Below are positions 7,352 to 15,744 of a stretch of DNA of 32,000 nt, piece after piece. The stretch is from Haloferax volcanii DS2 (lineage in GTDB: Archaea > Halobacteriota > Halobacteria > Halobacteriales > Haloferacaceae). Location: positions 30,001 through 62,000 of the forward strand of contig NC_013964.1 in assembly GCF_000025685.1 (NCBI RefSeq). Reading direction: 5' to 3'. Numbering within the stretch: the first letter of the stretch is position 1; each line of letters begins with the position of its first letter. The notes under the pieces are model-generated. The model ran no database searches. It worked only from the letters and a program-made list of their open reading frames with translations, and was not told where the DNA came from. Position numbers and translations under genes: made by a program.

Positions 7352-8305
7352 ATGGCTACACACGATAACACGGAGCACGTTTCTGACGCGACCGACGAGG
7401 CGGTCGGGTGGGAGTCGAAGCTCCGGTATTTCCTCAACAGCGACTTCGTCCGCTCCGCGCCGTACTGGGGAATCCCGTTCGTCCTCATGAGCATCGCCGT
7501 CTACGGTGGTACCGGCTACAACTTCGCCATCTCGTTTACGGACTACGAGGGCCTCGGGACTCCCGATTACTCCACGCTCGACTTGGAGATGTACGCACAG
7601 GCGCTGTCGAGCGACGCGTTCATCGCCGCCGCGCAGAACAATCTGGTCCTCCTCGTAGGCTTTACGACTATCTGTCTGGTGCTCGGCCTGTTCCTCGCAA
7701 TCCTGTTGGACCACGGCATCCGGTTTTCCGAGAAGTTCCAGACGGTCTATCTCCTCCCGATGAGCCTCTCGTTCGTCGTCACCGCGCAACTGTGGCTCTG
7801 GATGTTCAACGTCGAAAGCGGCATCCTCAACCTCGTCGTGACGACCCTCGGGTTCAATCCCGTAGACTGGCTGGGGAACCCATCAATCGCGCTCGGCGCG
7901 GTGATATTGGCCCTCATCTGGCAGTTCAGCGGATACACGATGGTCGTCTACCTCGCGGGGCTCCAGTCGATTCCCGACGACCAGTTCGAGGCGGCCCGCG
8001 TCGACGGCGCGAGCATCACTCGGACCTACCTCCGCATCATCGTCCCGCAACTGAAGGAGGCGTCCGTCAGCGCGGCCGTCGTGCTGATGGTGTTCGCGCT
8101 GAAGGCCTTCACCTTCCTGTACGCCCTCGTCGGTCGCTACCGCCCGCCGAACGGGACGGACATCCTGGCGACGCTCATGGTTCGCCGCGCGTTCAAGTTC
8201 GGTGAGTGGGCCTACTCGGCCGCCATCGCGACCATGCTTCTCATCATGGCGCTCGGCGTCATCGGACCGTACCTCTACTACCAGTACAAACAGGGGGGTC
8301 TCTGA
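7352..8305 (+). CDS. xacH: ABC sugar transporter permease (MalF/UgpA-like)
   Basis: 317-aa hydrophobic ORF with multiple TM segments and an EAA-loop-like region (DQFEAARVDGAS). Confidence 0.85.
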   Translation: MATHDNTEHVSDATDEAVGWESKLRYFLNSDFVRSAPYWGIPFVLMSIAVYGGTGYNFAISFTDYEGLGTPDYSTLDLEMYAQALSSDAFIAAAQNNLVLLVGFTTICLVLGLFLAILLDHGIRFSEKFQTVYLLPMSLSFVVTAQLWLWMFNVESGILNLVVTTLGFNPVDWLGNPSIALGAVILALIWQFSGYTMVVYLAGLQSIPDDQFEAARVDGASITRTYLRIIVPQLKEASVSAAVVLMVFALKAFTFLYALVGRYRPPNGTDILATLMVRRAFKFGEWAYSAAIATMLLIMALGVIGPYLYYQYKQGGL

Positions 8306-8307
8306 CC

Positions 8308-9237
8308 ATGTCACAGTCGTCATCCACAGGCAACTTCGACGTCGCATCGCTCGTCGAGGACGTGAACCTCCGGCGCGTCGCCCAGTACGCTCTCGTCGTG
8401 TTCTTCCTCGGGTTCTTCCTCGTCCCGCTGGAGACGGGAATCATGACCGCCATCAAGACGAACGAGTCGGTCGCTCGCTCGCTTCCCTTCGCGCCGCCGG
8501 TCGGTGAGGGTTTCACCCTCGGGAACATCCAGTTCGCCCTCGAACAGCTCTCGGGGTCGTTCTTCAACTCGCTCATCATGTCGATTCCGGCGACCATCGG
8601 GAGCGTCCTGTTCGGGAGCATGGCAGCCTACGGCCTCACGATGGTCAACTGGCGGGCGCAGATGGGTATGCTGATGCTGTTCGTCGTCGGCGTCTTCGTC
8701 CCCTATCAGGCCGTGTTGGTCCCGCTCGCACGCTTCTGGAACAACATCTTCCCGCTCGCGCGGATGATAGAGCCGATGGTGGCGTCGATACCCTTCTTCC
8801 AGGGGTACCACGCGGAACTCGTCCCCCTCGTCATCACCCATATCGCCTACGGGATTCCCATCTGTACGATACTGTTCCGGTCGTACTACCAGAGCCTCCC
8901 GAACTCGCTCGTGGAGGCCGGTAAAATCGACGGCGCGAGCATCACGAAGATTTACCGGCGCATCATCCTGCCCATCTCGAAGCCGATGTTCGGCGTCGTG
9001 TTCATCTACCAGTTCACGCAGATTTACAACGAGTTCCTCTTCGCGTTCACGCTCGTCACCGGGTCCGACGCGCCCGCAGCACCGGTCACGCTGGTGCTGC
9101 CCGCAATCGGGGCGTCGACTTCCGGCATCAACTTCGGTATCAGGATGTCCGCGGCGTTCCTCGCGGCGGTTCCGACGCTCATCCTGTACGTCGCGTTCGC
9201 CGAACAGTTCGCGAAGGGACTTCGCACGGAGGCCTGA
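8308..9237 (+). CDS. xacI: ABC sugar transporter permease (MalG/UgpE-like)
   Basis: Start chosen at ATG 8308 (MSQSSSTGNF...), 2 nt after the xacH stop. The track ORF start at 8206 lies inside xacH in another frame. An EAA-loop-like motif is present (LVEAGKIDGAS). Confidence 0.85.
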   Translation: MSQSSSTGNFDVASLVEDVNLRRVAQYALVVFFLGFFLVPLETGIMTAIKTNESVARSLPFAPPVGEGFTLGNIQFALEQLSGSFFNSLIMSIPATIGSVLFGSMAAYGLTMVNWRAQMGMLMLFVVGVFVPYQAVLVPLARFWNNIFPLARMIEPMVASIPFFQGYHAELVPLVITHIAYGIPICTILFRSYYQSLPNSLVEAGKIDGASITKIYRRIILPISKPMFGVVFIYQFTQIYNEFLFAFTLVTGSDAPAAPVTLVLPAIGASTSGINFGIRMSAAFLAAVPTLILYVAFAEQFAKGLRTEA

Positions 9238-9240
9238 CCC

Positions 9241-10392
9241 ATGGGACAGATTCAACTCACCGACCTGACGAAGCGCTTCGGCGACACGGTCGCCGTCGAC
9301 GACCTCTCGCTCGACATCGACGACGAGGAGTTCCTCGTGCTCGTCGGTCCCTCGGGGTGCGGCAAATCGACGACGCTCCGGATGCTCGCCGGCTTGGAGA
9401 CCCCGACCAGCGGGGACATCTACATCGGCGGGGACCACATGAACTACCGCGTCCCGCAGAACCGCGACATCGCGATGGTGTTTCAGGACTACGCGCTGTA
9501 CCCCCACATGACCGTCCGGCAGAACATCCGGTTCGGGCTCGAAGAAGAGGAGGGATACACGTCTGCGGAGCGCGACGAGCGCGTCGTCGAAGTCGCGGAG
9601 ACGCTCGGCATTGCCGACCTGCTTGACCGCAAGCCCGACGAACTCTCGGGCGGTCAGCAACAGCGGGTCGCGCTCGGGCGCGCCATCGTACGCGACCCCG
9701 AGGTGTTCCTGATGGACGAGCCGCTGTCCAACCTGGACGCCAAGCTCCGGGCGGAGATGCGCACCGAGCTCCAGAACCTGCAGGACCAACTCGCCGTCAC
9801 GACCGTCTACGTCACCCACAACCAGACGGAGGCGATGACGATGGCCGACCGTATCGCCGTCATGGACGACGGCGAACTCCAGCAGGTTGCCTCTCCCTTC
9901 GAGTGCTACCACGAGCCGAACAACCTGTTCGTCGCGGAGTTCATCGGCGAGCCGATGATAAACCTCGTCCGCGGAACGCGCTCGGAGTCGACGTTCGTCG
10001 GTGAACACTTCTCGTACCCGCTCGACGAGGACGTGATGGAGTCCGTCGACGACCGCGACGACTTCGTCTTGGGGGTGCGCCCCGAAGACATCGAAGTCGC
10101 CGACGCGGCCCCCGACGACGCCGCGCTCGACGATCACGATCTCCAGATGGACGTGACCGTCGTGGAGCCCCACGGCGACCAGAACGTCCTCCACCTCTCG
10201 CACCCGGACCAGCCCTCCGCCGACGACGCCCTGCAAGCGGTCACGGAGGGGATGCATCTCGTCACGCGGGGCGACCGCGTCACGGTGACGATTCCGCCGG
10301 ACAAGATTCACCTGTTCGACGCGGAGACCGGAACCGCGGTGCACAACCGACGTCACGACCAGGAAGCCGACTTCACACAACTCGAACAGTAG
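9241..10392 (+). CDS. xacJ: ABC transporter ATP-binding protein (MalK/UgpC-like), copy 1
   Basis: Walker A GPSGCGKST, signature LSGGQQQR, Walker B FLMDEPLS, H-loop VTHNQ, and a C-terminal regulatory/TOBE-like domain. 383 aa. Confidence 0.9.
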   Translation: MGQIQLTDLTKRFGDTVAVDDLSLDIDDEEFLVLVGPSGCGKSTTLRMLAGLETPTSGDIYIGGDHMNYRVPQNRDIAMVFQDYALYPHMTVRQNIRFGLEEEEGYTSAERDERVVEVAETLGIADLLDRKPDELSGGQQQRVALGRAIVRDPEVFLMDEPLSNLDAKLRAEMRTELQNLQDQLAVTTVYVTHNQTEAMTMADRIAVMDDGELQQVASPFECYHEPNNLFVAEFIGEPMINLVRGTRSESTFVGEHFSYPLDEDVMESVDDRDDFVLGVRPEDIEVADAAPDDAALDDHDLQMDVTVVEPHGDQNVLHLSHPDQPSADDALQAVTEGMHLVTRGDRVTVTIPPDKIHLFDAETGTAVHNRRHDQEADFTQLEQ

Positions 10393-10394
10393 CC

Positions 10395-11546
10395 ATGGCA
10401 CGATTGACACTCGACGACGTAACGAAGGTGTACACCGACGAGGGCGGCGGCGATATCGTCGCCGTCGAAGAGATATCGCTCGATATCGACGACGGGGAGT
10501 TCCTCGTGCTCGTCGGCCCCTCGGGCTGCGGGAAATCGACGACGCTCCGGATGATGGCGGGACTCGAAACCGTCACCGAGGGCGAACTCCGACTCGAAGA
10601 CCGCGTCCTCAACGGCGTGTCCGCGCAGGACCGGGACATCGCGATGGTGTTCCAGTCGTACGCGCTGTACCCGCACAAGAGCGTCCGCGGGAACATGTCG
10701 TTCGGCCTCGAAGAGTCGACCGGCCTGCCGGACGACGAGATACGCCAGCGGGTCGAGGAGACGACCGACATGCTCGGCATCAGCGACCTGCTCGACCGCA
10801 AGCCCGGACAGCTTTCGGGCGGCCAGCAACAACGGGTCGCCCTCGGACGCGCGATCGTGCGCGACCCCGAAGTGTTCCTGATGGACGAGCCGTTGTCCAA
10901 TCTGGACGCCAAACTGCGGGCGGAGATGCGGACCGAACTCCAGCGCCTGCAAGGCGAACTCGGCGTGACGACCGTCTACGTCACCCACGACCAGACCGAG
11001 GCGATGACGATGGGCGACCGCGTCGCCGTCCTCGACGACGGCGAACTCCAGCAGGTCGGCACGCCGCTGGACTGTTATCACCGGCCGAACAACCTGTTCG
11101 TCGCGGGCTTCATCGGCGAGCCGTCGATGAATCTCTTCGACGGGTCGCTTTCGGGCGACACCTTCCGCGGCGACGGCTTCGACTACCCGCTTTCGGGCGC
11201 GACCAGAGACCAACTCGGCGGCGCGAGCGGCCTCACGCTCGGCATCCGACCCGAGGACGTTACCGTTGGCGAGCGGCGCTCCGGCCAGCGCACCTTCGAC
11301 GCCGAAGTCGTCGTCGTCGAGCCGCAGGGGAACGAGAACGCCGTCCACCTTCGATTCGTCGACGGGGACGAGGGGACCCAGTTCACCGCGACAACCACCG
11401 GACAGTCGAGAGTCGAAGCGGGCGACCGCACGACCGTCTCGTTCCCCGAAGACGCGATTCACCTGTTCGACGGGGAGACCGGCGACGCGCTGAAGAACCG
11501 AGAGCTCCCGTCGAACCGCGCCATCGACGCGTTCGTCTCGAACTGA
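10395..11546 (+). CDS. xacK: ABC transporter ATP-binding protein (MalK/UgpC-like), copy 2
   Basis: It has the same motifs as xacJ and the same length (383 aa). A 44-aa block, LSGGQQQRVALGRAIVRDPEVFLMDEPLSNLDAKLRAEMRTELQ, is identical to xacJ but encoded with synonymous differences. Confidence 0.9.
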   Translation: MARLTLDDVTKVYTDEGGGDIVAVEEISLDIDDGEFLVLVGPSGCGKSTTLRMMAGLETVTEGELRLEDRVLNGVSAQDRDIAMVFQSYALYPHKSVRGNMSFGLEESTGLPDDEIRQRVEETTDMLGISDLLDRKPGQLSGGQQQRVALGRAIVRDPEVFLMDEPLSNLDAKLRAEMRTELQRLQGELGVTTVYVTHDQTEAMTMGDRVAVLDDGELQQVGTPLDCYHRPNNLFVAGFIGEPSMNLFDGSLSGDTFRGDGFDYPLSGATRDQLGGASGLTLGIRPEDVTVGERRSGQRTFDAEVVVVEPQGNENAVHLRFVDGDEGTQFTATTTGQSRVEAGDRTTVSFPEDAIHLFDGETGDALKNRELPSNRAIDAFVSN

Positions 11547-11553
11547 CCGGTCT

Positions 11554-11577
11554 CCGCGGTTTCCTTTTCGTCCGCGG
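11554..11577 (+). terminator. xacK terminator candidate: CCGCGG-tttccttttcgt-CCGCGG with T-rich tract
   Basis: It starts 8 nt after the xacK stop (11544-11546). It is a 6-bp GC stem with oligo-T runs, consistent with archaeal oligo-T termination. Confidence 0.3.
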
Positions 11578-11671
11578 TTCGCCCGCCGCTGTCAGCCGCC
11601 AGGTTATCTGCCGTCAGCGTCGCGACTGCAACCGCGAGTCGCGTCGCTCCGGTCTCGAACTCAAGCGAGTG

Positions 11672-11700
11672 AAAACGCGGCCGCGGCGGACGCGCCGCGG
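11672..11700 (-). terminator. xacD terminator candidate: 8-bp GC hairpin (CCGCGGCG-gacg-CGCCGCGG, 11681-11700) followed on the minus strand by TTTT (11672-11676 region)
   Basis: A perfect 8-bp stem seen in the sequence. A T4 run lies immediately 3' on the minus strand. It sits about 110-135 nt downstream of the xacD stop, in the convergent intergenic region. Confidence 0.35.
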
Positions 11701-11807
11701 GGCGAGAGATGCTCACGGTTCTCGCCCGCGGTGGTGCGTCCGGGTTATGGGTGTGGTATGTCAGGCTGTCGTGGCCGCTGTGGGACAGTCTCGCTCTCGG
11801 CGTCGGG

Positions 11808-13046
11808 TTACTCCTCGTCGAAGAGCGTCTCCCCTTCGACCATGTGTGCTTCGACGGCGTCGAGGTCGAGCGTCAGCCCGAGGCCGGGCTTTTCGGGAAT
11901 CTCCATGTGACCGTTCTGAATCAGGTCGTCCTCTTCGACGAGGTCCTCCCACCAGCCGAGCTGGTAGGAGTGGTATTCGAGGGCCAGCGAGTTCGGGATG
12001 GCCGCGGCGACCTGCGCGGAGGCCATCGTCCCGATGGGCGACGAGACGTTGTGCATCGCCACGGGGATGTAGTACATGTCCGCGAGGTCGGCAATCTTCC
12101 GCGTCTCGCGCATGCCGCCGACGCGGGGCAGGTCGGGCGCGATGATATCCACCGCCTGCGGTTCGAGCAGCGTCCGCTGGCCGAACTTCCGGTAGACGTT
12201 CTCACCGACCGCGATGGGCGTCGTCGTGGACTGCGTCACGAGCTTCTGCACGTCGTGGTTCTCCGGCGGCACGGGGTCTTCGAGCCACCACACGTCGTAG
12301 TCTTCCAGCTCGGACGCGAGGCGCTTGGCGCTCCCGCCGGTAAAGGACCAGTGGCAGTCGAACGCCACGTCCGCGCGGTCGCCGACGGCCTCGGTGACGG
12401 CCTCGACGATTTCGACCTTGTGGTCGATTTCGGGGTTTCGGAGGTGGCGGTTCGCGCGGTCCTTCTCGTGGCCCGAGGGCACGTCGAGGTCGAACTTGAT
12501 GGCGTCGTAGCCGAGTTCCTCGACCACGCGGACGCCCTCCTCGGCGCAGGCCTGCGGGTTGGCCTCGTCTTCGGTGTGGAGGTCGCAGTAGACGCGCACC
12601 TCGTCGCGGTACTTCCCGCCGACGAGTTGATAGGCGGGCACGTCGAGGAGCTTTCCGGCGACGTCGTGGAGCGCGATTTCGATGCCCGAGATGGCGGAGA
12701 TGACCTTGCCCGAGACGGAGCCCTCGCCGGACATCTTCTGGACGAGATGCTCGTACAGGCGGTCGATGTCGAGGGGGTTCTCGCCGACGAGGAACGGCTT
12801 CATCCGCTCGATGATGGCGGTGTCGCCGCCGCCCCAGTAGGCCTCGCCGGTGCCGACGACGCCCGCGTCGGTGTAGACGCGGACGAGAATCCACGGGTAG
12901 TTCCCGTCGACCATCGTCGTCTGTACGTCCGTGATTTCGGCGTCGCGGACGCCACCTCGCGGATTCGTGATGTCTATCGTCTCCGCGGACAGGTCGCGCA
13001 TCGTGTACTCCGCGTTCGGGTCGCTAAGCTTCGCTTGCTCAACCAT
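11808..13046 (-). CDS. xacD: D-xylonate/L-arabinonate dehydratase, enolase superfamily (mandelate racemase/muconate lactonizing enzyme family)
   Basis: 412-aa ORF with an MR/MLE-like N-terminal capping domain (VRVYTDAGVVGTGEAYWGG) and a barrel domain with acidic metal ligands (KFDLD, WLEDP). Synteny matches HVO_B0038A as recalled. Confidence 0.85.
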   Translation of the reverse strand: MVEQAKLSDPNAEYTMRDLSAETIDITNPRGGVRDAEITDVQTTMVDGNYPWILVRVYTDAGVVGTGEAYWGGGDTAIIERMKPFLVGENPLDIDRLYEHLVQKMSGEGSVSGKVISAISGIEIALHDVAGKLLDVPAYQLVGGKYRDEVRVYCDLHTEDEANPQACAEEGVRVVEELGYDAIKFDLDVPSGHEKDRANRHLRNPEIDHKVEIVEAVTEAVGDRADVAFDCHWSFTGGSAKRLASELEDYDVWWLEDPVPPENHDVQKLVTQSTTTPIAVGENVYRKFGQRTLLEPQAVDIIAPDLPRVGGMRETRKIADLADMYYIPVAMHNVSSPIGTMASAQVAAAIPNSLALEYHSYQLGWWEDLVEEDDLIQNGHMEIPEKPGLGLTLDLDAVEAHMVEGETLFDEE

Positions 13047-13067
13047 TGCGCACGTATATCTCGAAAG

Positions 13068-13088
13068 CCACTACAAAAGTGTGTGGGT
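13068..13088. promoter_or_regulatory. quasi-palindromic element CCACTACAAAAGTGTGTGGGT enclosing the xacD TATA-like box (minus-strand CTTTTGTAG)
   Basis: The TATA-like TTTTGTA (13078 to 13072 on the minus strand) lies 25 nt before ATG 13046. This is the partner of the element at 5879-5899. Confidence 0.4.
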
Positions 13089-13202
13089 CGGTAGTCCGTC
13101 ACTCACCCCGACGCGCGCTCCCGAACTCGCCCCGTCGTCGACAGCCAACAAATAGTGACAGCTTCGCAAGAGTTGTATGTCGGAAGACAGAACGTGTACC
13201 CG

Positions 13203-14651
13203 ATGACGGACCCTAGTAAAAACTACGTCAACGGTGAGTGGGTGACCTCGGAGACCGGCGAGACGACCGAGGTGACGAACCCCGCGAACCCGAGCGAAGT
13301 GGTCGCGGCGTATCAGCACTCGAACGAGAACGACGCCGCGGCGGCCGTCGACGCCGCCGTCGCGGCGGAAGACGAGTGGCGAAACACGCCCGGCCCCGAG
13401 CGCGGGCGCATCCTCCGCGAGGCGGGGACGCTCCTCGCCCAGCGGAAGGACGAACTGACGGAGATTCTCACCGCCGAAGAGGGGAAGGCGCGGCCCGAAG
13501 CGGCGGGCGAGGTACAGCGCGCCATCGACATCTTCCACTACTTCTCGTCGAAGGCCGCCGACCTCGGCGGCACGAAGAAGGGTGCGAGCGGGCCGAACAC
13601 GAACCTCTACACGCGACAGGAGCCGGTGGGTGTCGCGGCGCTCATCACGCCGTGGAACTACCCGATTGCGATTCCGGCGTGGAAGCTCGCCCCGGCGCTC
13701 GCCGCCGGCAACACCGTCGTCCTCAAGCCCGCCTCCATCGCGCCCGGCGTCGTCATCGAAATCGCCCGCGCGCTCGACGAGGCCGGCCTCCCGGACGGCG
13801 TCCTCAACGTCGTCACCGGACCCGGTAGCTCGGTCGGCAGCGAGTTCATCGGCAACGAGGGCACGGACCTCGTCTCCTTCACCGGCAGCAGTCAAGTCGG
13901 TGAGATGGTGTACGAGCAGGCCACAGACGCCGGCAAGCGCGTCCAGACCGAACTCGGCGGGAAGAACCCGACGCTCGTCGCGGACTCCGCGAACCCCGCC
14001 GAAGCCGCCGACATCGTCGCCAACGGCGGGTTCGGAACCACCGGCCAGTCGTGTACGGCCTGTTCCCGCGCCATCGTCCACGAGGACGTGTACGACGACT
14101 TCGTCGCCGAGCTCGTCGACCGCGCGGAGTCCCTCGACGTCGGCCCCGGTACCGACCACGAGATGGGCCCGCAGGTCAGCGAGTCCGAACTCTCCTCGAC
14201 GCTCGAATACATCGACATCGCCGAGGCCGAGGGCGCGACGCTCGTCGCCGGCGGCGGCGTCCCCGAGGGCGAGGCAGTCGAGACGGGTCATTTCGTCGAG
14301 CCGACGGTGTTCACCGACGTGGACCCCGACATGCGCATCGCACAGGAGGAGGTCTTCGGCCCGGTCGTCGCCGTCATCGAAGTGAGTGACTTCGACGAGG
14401 GGCTGGCGGTCGCGAACGACGTCGACTACGGCCTGTCTGCCAGTATCGTCACCGACGACCACACCGAGGCGAACCGCTTCGTCGACGAGGTCGAAGCCGG
14501 CGTGGTGAAGGTCAACGACAAGACGACCGGCCTCGAACTCCACGTCCCCTTCGGCGGGTTCAAGCGCTCCTCGTCCGAGACGTGGCGCGAGCAGGGCGAC
14601 GCCGGTCTCGACTTCTACACCATCGAAAAGACCGTCTACGACAGCTACTGA
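13203..14651 (+). CDS. xacF: alpha-ketoglutarate semialdehyde dehydrogenase (aldehyde dehydrogenase family)
   Basis: The ALDH family sequence includes ITPWNYP, VLKPA, ELGGKNP and a catalytic Cys context (GQSCTA). I prefer ATG 13203 (MTDPSKNYVNGEWV, 482 aa) over the GTG at 13155 listed in the track. A TTGTATG box lies 23 nt upstream of 13203. Confidence 0.85.
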   Translation: MTDPSKNYVNGEWVTSETGETTEVTNPANPSEVVAAYQHSNENDAAAAVDAAVAAEDEWRNTPGPERGRILREAGTLLAQRKDELTEILTAEEGKARPEAAGEVQRAIDIFHYFSSKAADLGGTKKGASGPNTNLYTRQEPVGVAALITPWNYPIAIPAWKLAPALAAGNTVVLKPASIAPGVVIEIARALDEAGLPDGVLNVVTGPGSSVGSEFIGNEGTDLVSFTGSSQVGEMVYEQATDAGKRVQTELGGKNPTLVADSANPAEAADIVANGGFGTTGQSCTACSRAIVHEDVYDDFVAELVDRAESLDVGPGTDHEMGPQVSESELSSTLEYIDIAEAEGATLVAGGGVPEGEAVETGHFVEPTVFTDVDPDMRIAQEEVFGPVVAVIEVSDFDEGLAVANDVDYGLSASIVTDDHTEANRFVDEVEAGVVKVNDKTTGLELHVPFGGFKRSSSETWREQGDAGLDFYTIEKTVYDSY

Positions 14652-14661
14652 GCGTCCCGCC

Positions 14662-14680
14662 CGGTCGCCGACGGCGACCG
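14662..14680 (+). terminator. xacF terminator candidate: perfect 9-bp-arm palindrome CGGTCGCCG-a-CGGCGACCG, T4 run at 14697-14700
   Basis: It starts 11 nt after the xacF stop (14649-14651). All 9 arm pairs are complementary by inspection. Confidence 0.35.
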
Positions 14681-14703
14681 TCTGCCATCACCTCGTTATT
14701 TTG

Positions 14704-14742
14704 CTCCCTCTTCTCTTCTCCTCTCCTCTCCTCTCCTCCTTC
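14704..14742. repeat. 39-nt uninterrupted polypyrimidine (C/T) tract containing (TCCTC)x4 at 14719-14738
   Basis: Every base from 14704 to 14742 on the plus strand is C or T. This is a homopurine/homopyrimidine microsatellite in the xacF/xacR convergent intergenic region. Confidence 0.9.
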
Positions 14743-14952
14743 GTGTCCCACCCCCGCCGATGCTGTTGTTCCGGCTCGACACCTTTCCATTCTCTATATC
14801 AGAATAGGATGGACGGAACTATTGTCGTGAAAATTACAAGCCTACTCGTGTAATTGTCTATCGTCGTCGTCCGTCGGGAACTACGTCAATACGGTCCTGC
14901 GTCGATGATTCGTGCGGAGCTGCTACTGTTCCGAGATAGCGAACGAGGGGCG

Positions 14953-15708
14953 TCAGTAGTTGATGTTGAGTTCGACGACGTTCGCCGCGCTCAGGACGCG
15001 TTCGGGAAGCGCCCCGTGGAGGTCTTCGTCGCTGACGCGGCTGGCCGGAGCGGAGACGCTGATGGCCCCGAGCACCTCGCCGGACGAGGATTTGATGGGT
15101 GCGGCGAGACAGCGCAGCCCTTCGAGACGCTCGCCGTCGTCGATGGCGTAGCCTCGCTCGCGAACTCCTTCGAGCACCTGAAACAGCTCTTGCCGCGTGC
15201 CGATGCTCTTCGGCGTCTTCTGTTCGAGTCCGTGACGCTCGATTATCTCGTCCACCCGCGACTCCGGGAGGTTCGCGAGAATCGCCTTCCCGAGCGCCGT
15301 CGTGTGTAGGTTCGTCCGAAGGCCCGCGTAGGTGTCGAGGTCCACGGCGTCGTCGCCTTTCGCTCGCATCAGGTAGACGCCCATCCCCTGTTCTTCGACG
15401 AGGAGGTTGGCGAGTTCGCCCGTGTCGGCGGCGAGCGATTTGACCTCTGGCTCGGCGACCTGATACACTTCCATCGACTTCCGACTGTGGCCGCCGACTT
15501 CGAGAAACTTCAACCCGACGCGGTAGTCGTCGCCGTCCTTGAGGACGTACCCGTGTTTCTGGAGCGTCGTCAGGTGGTTGTGGACCGCGCTCTTTCCCAT
15601 GTCGAGGTCGCCGGCCAGTTCCGTGACCCCGCAGGGTCCTTTCTGCATCAACTCCTCGACGAGCGCCAGCGTCTTTTCCGTGGTTCGTACCGGATGTTTG
15701 GCGTCCAT
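14953..15708 (-). CDS. xacR: IclR-family transcriptional regulator of pentose catabolism
   Basis: 251-aa ORF with an N-terminal winged HTH ([28 protein letters not shown]) and a C-terminal IclR effector domain. It lies adjacent to xacF as in the Haloferax xac island. Confidence 0.85.
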
Positions 15709-15727
15709 GATTATTCGTTATCAAGTA

Positions 15728-15744
15728 TCTGAATAAGTGTTCTG
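15728..15744 (-). promoter_or_regulatory. xacR promoter candidate: CAGAACACTTATTCAGA (minus strand), T/A box about 21 nt before ATG 15708
   Basis: It resembles the xacB module GGAACACGTTTATTAGA. It overlaps the imperfect palindrome TTATCAAGTATCTGAATAA (15718-15736). Confidence 0.4.

Noticed and set aside
11459-11716. An 85-aa minus-strand ORF and other small ORFs in the xacK/xacD convergent intergenic region.
   Set aside because: It overlaps the 3' end of xacK antisense and shows no motifs. The region is better explained by terminator hairpins and oligo-T tracts for the two convergent genes.
13155-13202. The GTG start at 13155 for xacF. Similar longer track starts exist for xacC (3960), xacI (8206), iucC (18385), iucA (22120), iucB (20348) and bdb (23742).
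   Set aside because: The extensions overlap upstream genes, are compositionally atypical, or remove the regular TATA-to-ATG spacing or the ATGA junctions. Internal ATGs give family-typical lengths. The choices remain unverified without N-terminal data.
5720-14543. Long antisense ORFs 5720..7789(-), 8320..10410(-), 10353..11462(-), 11709..13094(+) and 13071..14543(-).
   Set aside because: Each mirrors a convincing transporter or enzyme gene on the opposite strand. Each has low-complexity Arg/Val/Asp/Gly-rich sequence without motifs. No independent promoter-like signals were seen.
14811-14855. A 14-codon mini-ORF (MDGTIVVKITSLLV) and the inverted repeat AATTACA..TGTAATT (14832-14838 / 14849-14855) in the AT-rich patch downstream of xacR.
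   Set aside because: It is too short and lacks supporting promoter spacing. The inverted repeat is only 7 bp in A/T-rich sequence and could be a simple xacR 3' structure. There is not enough evidence to call a feature.
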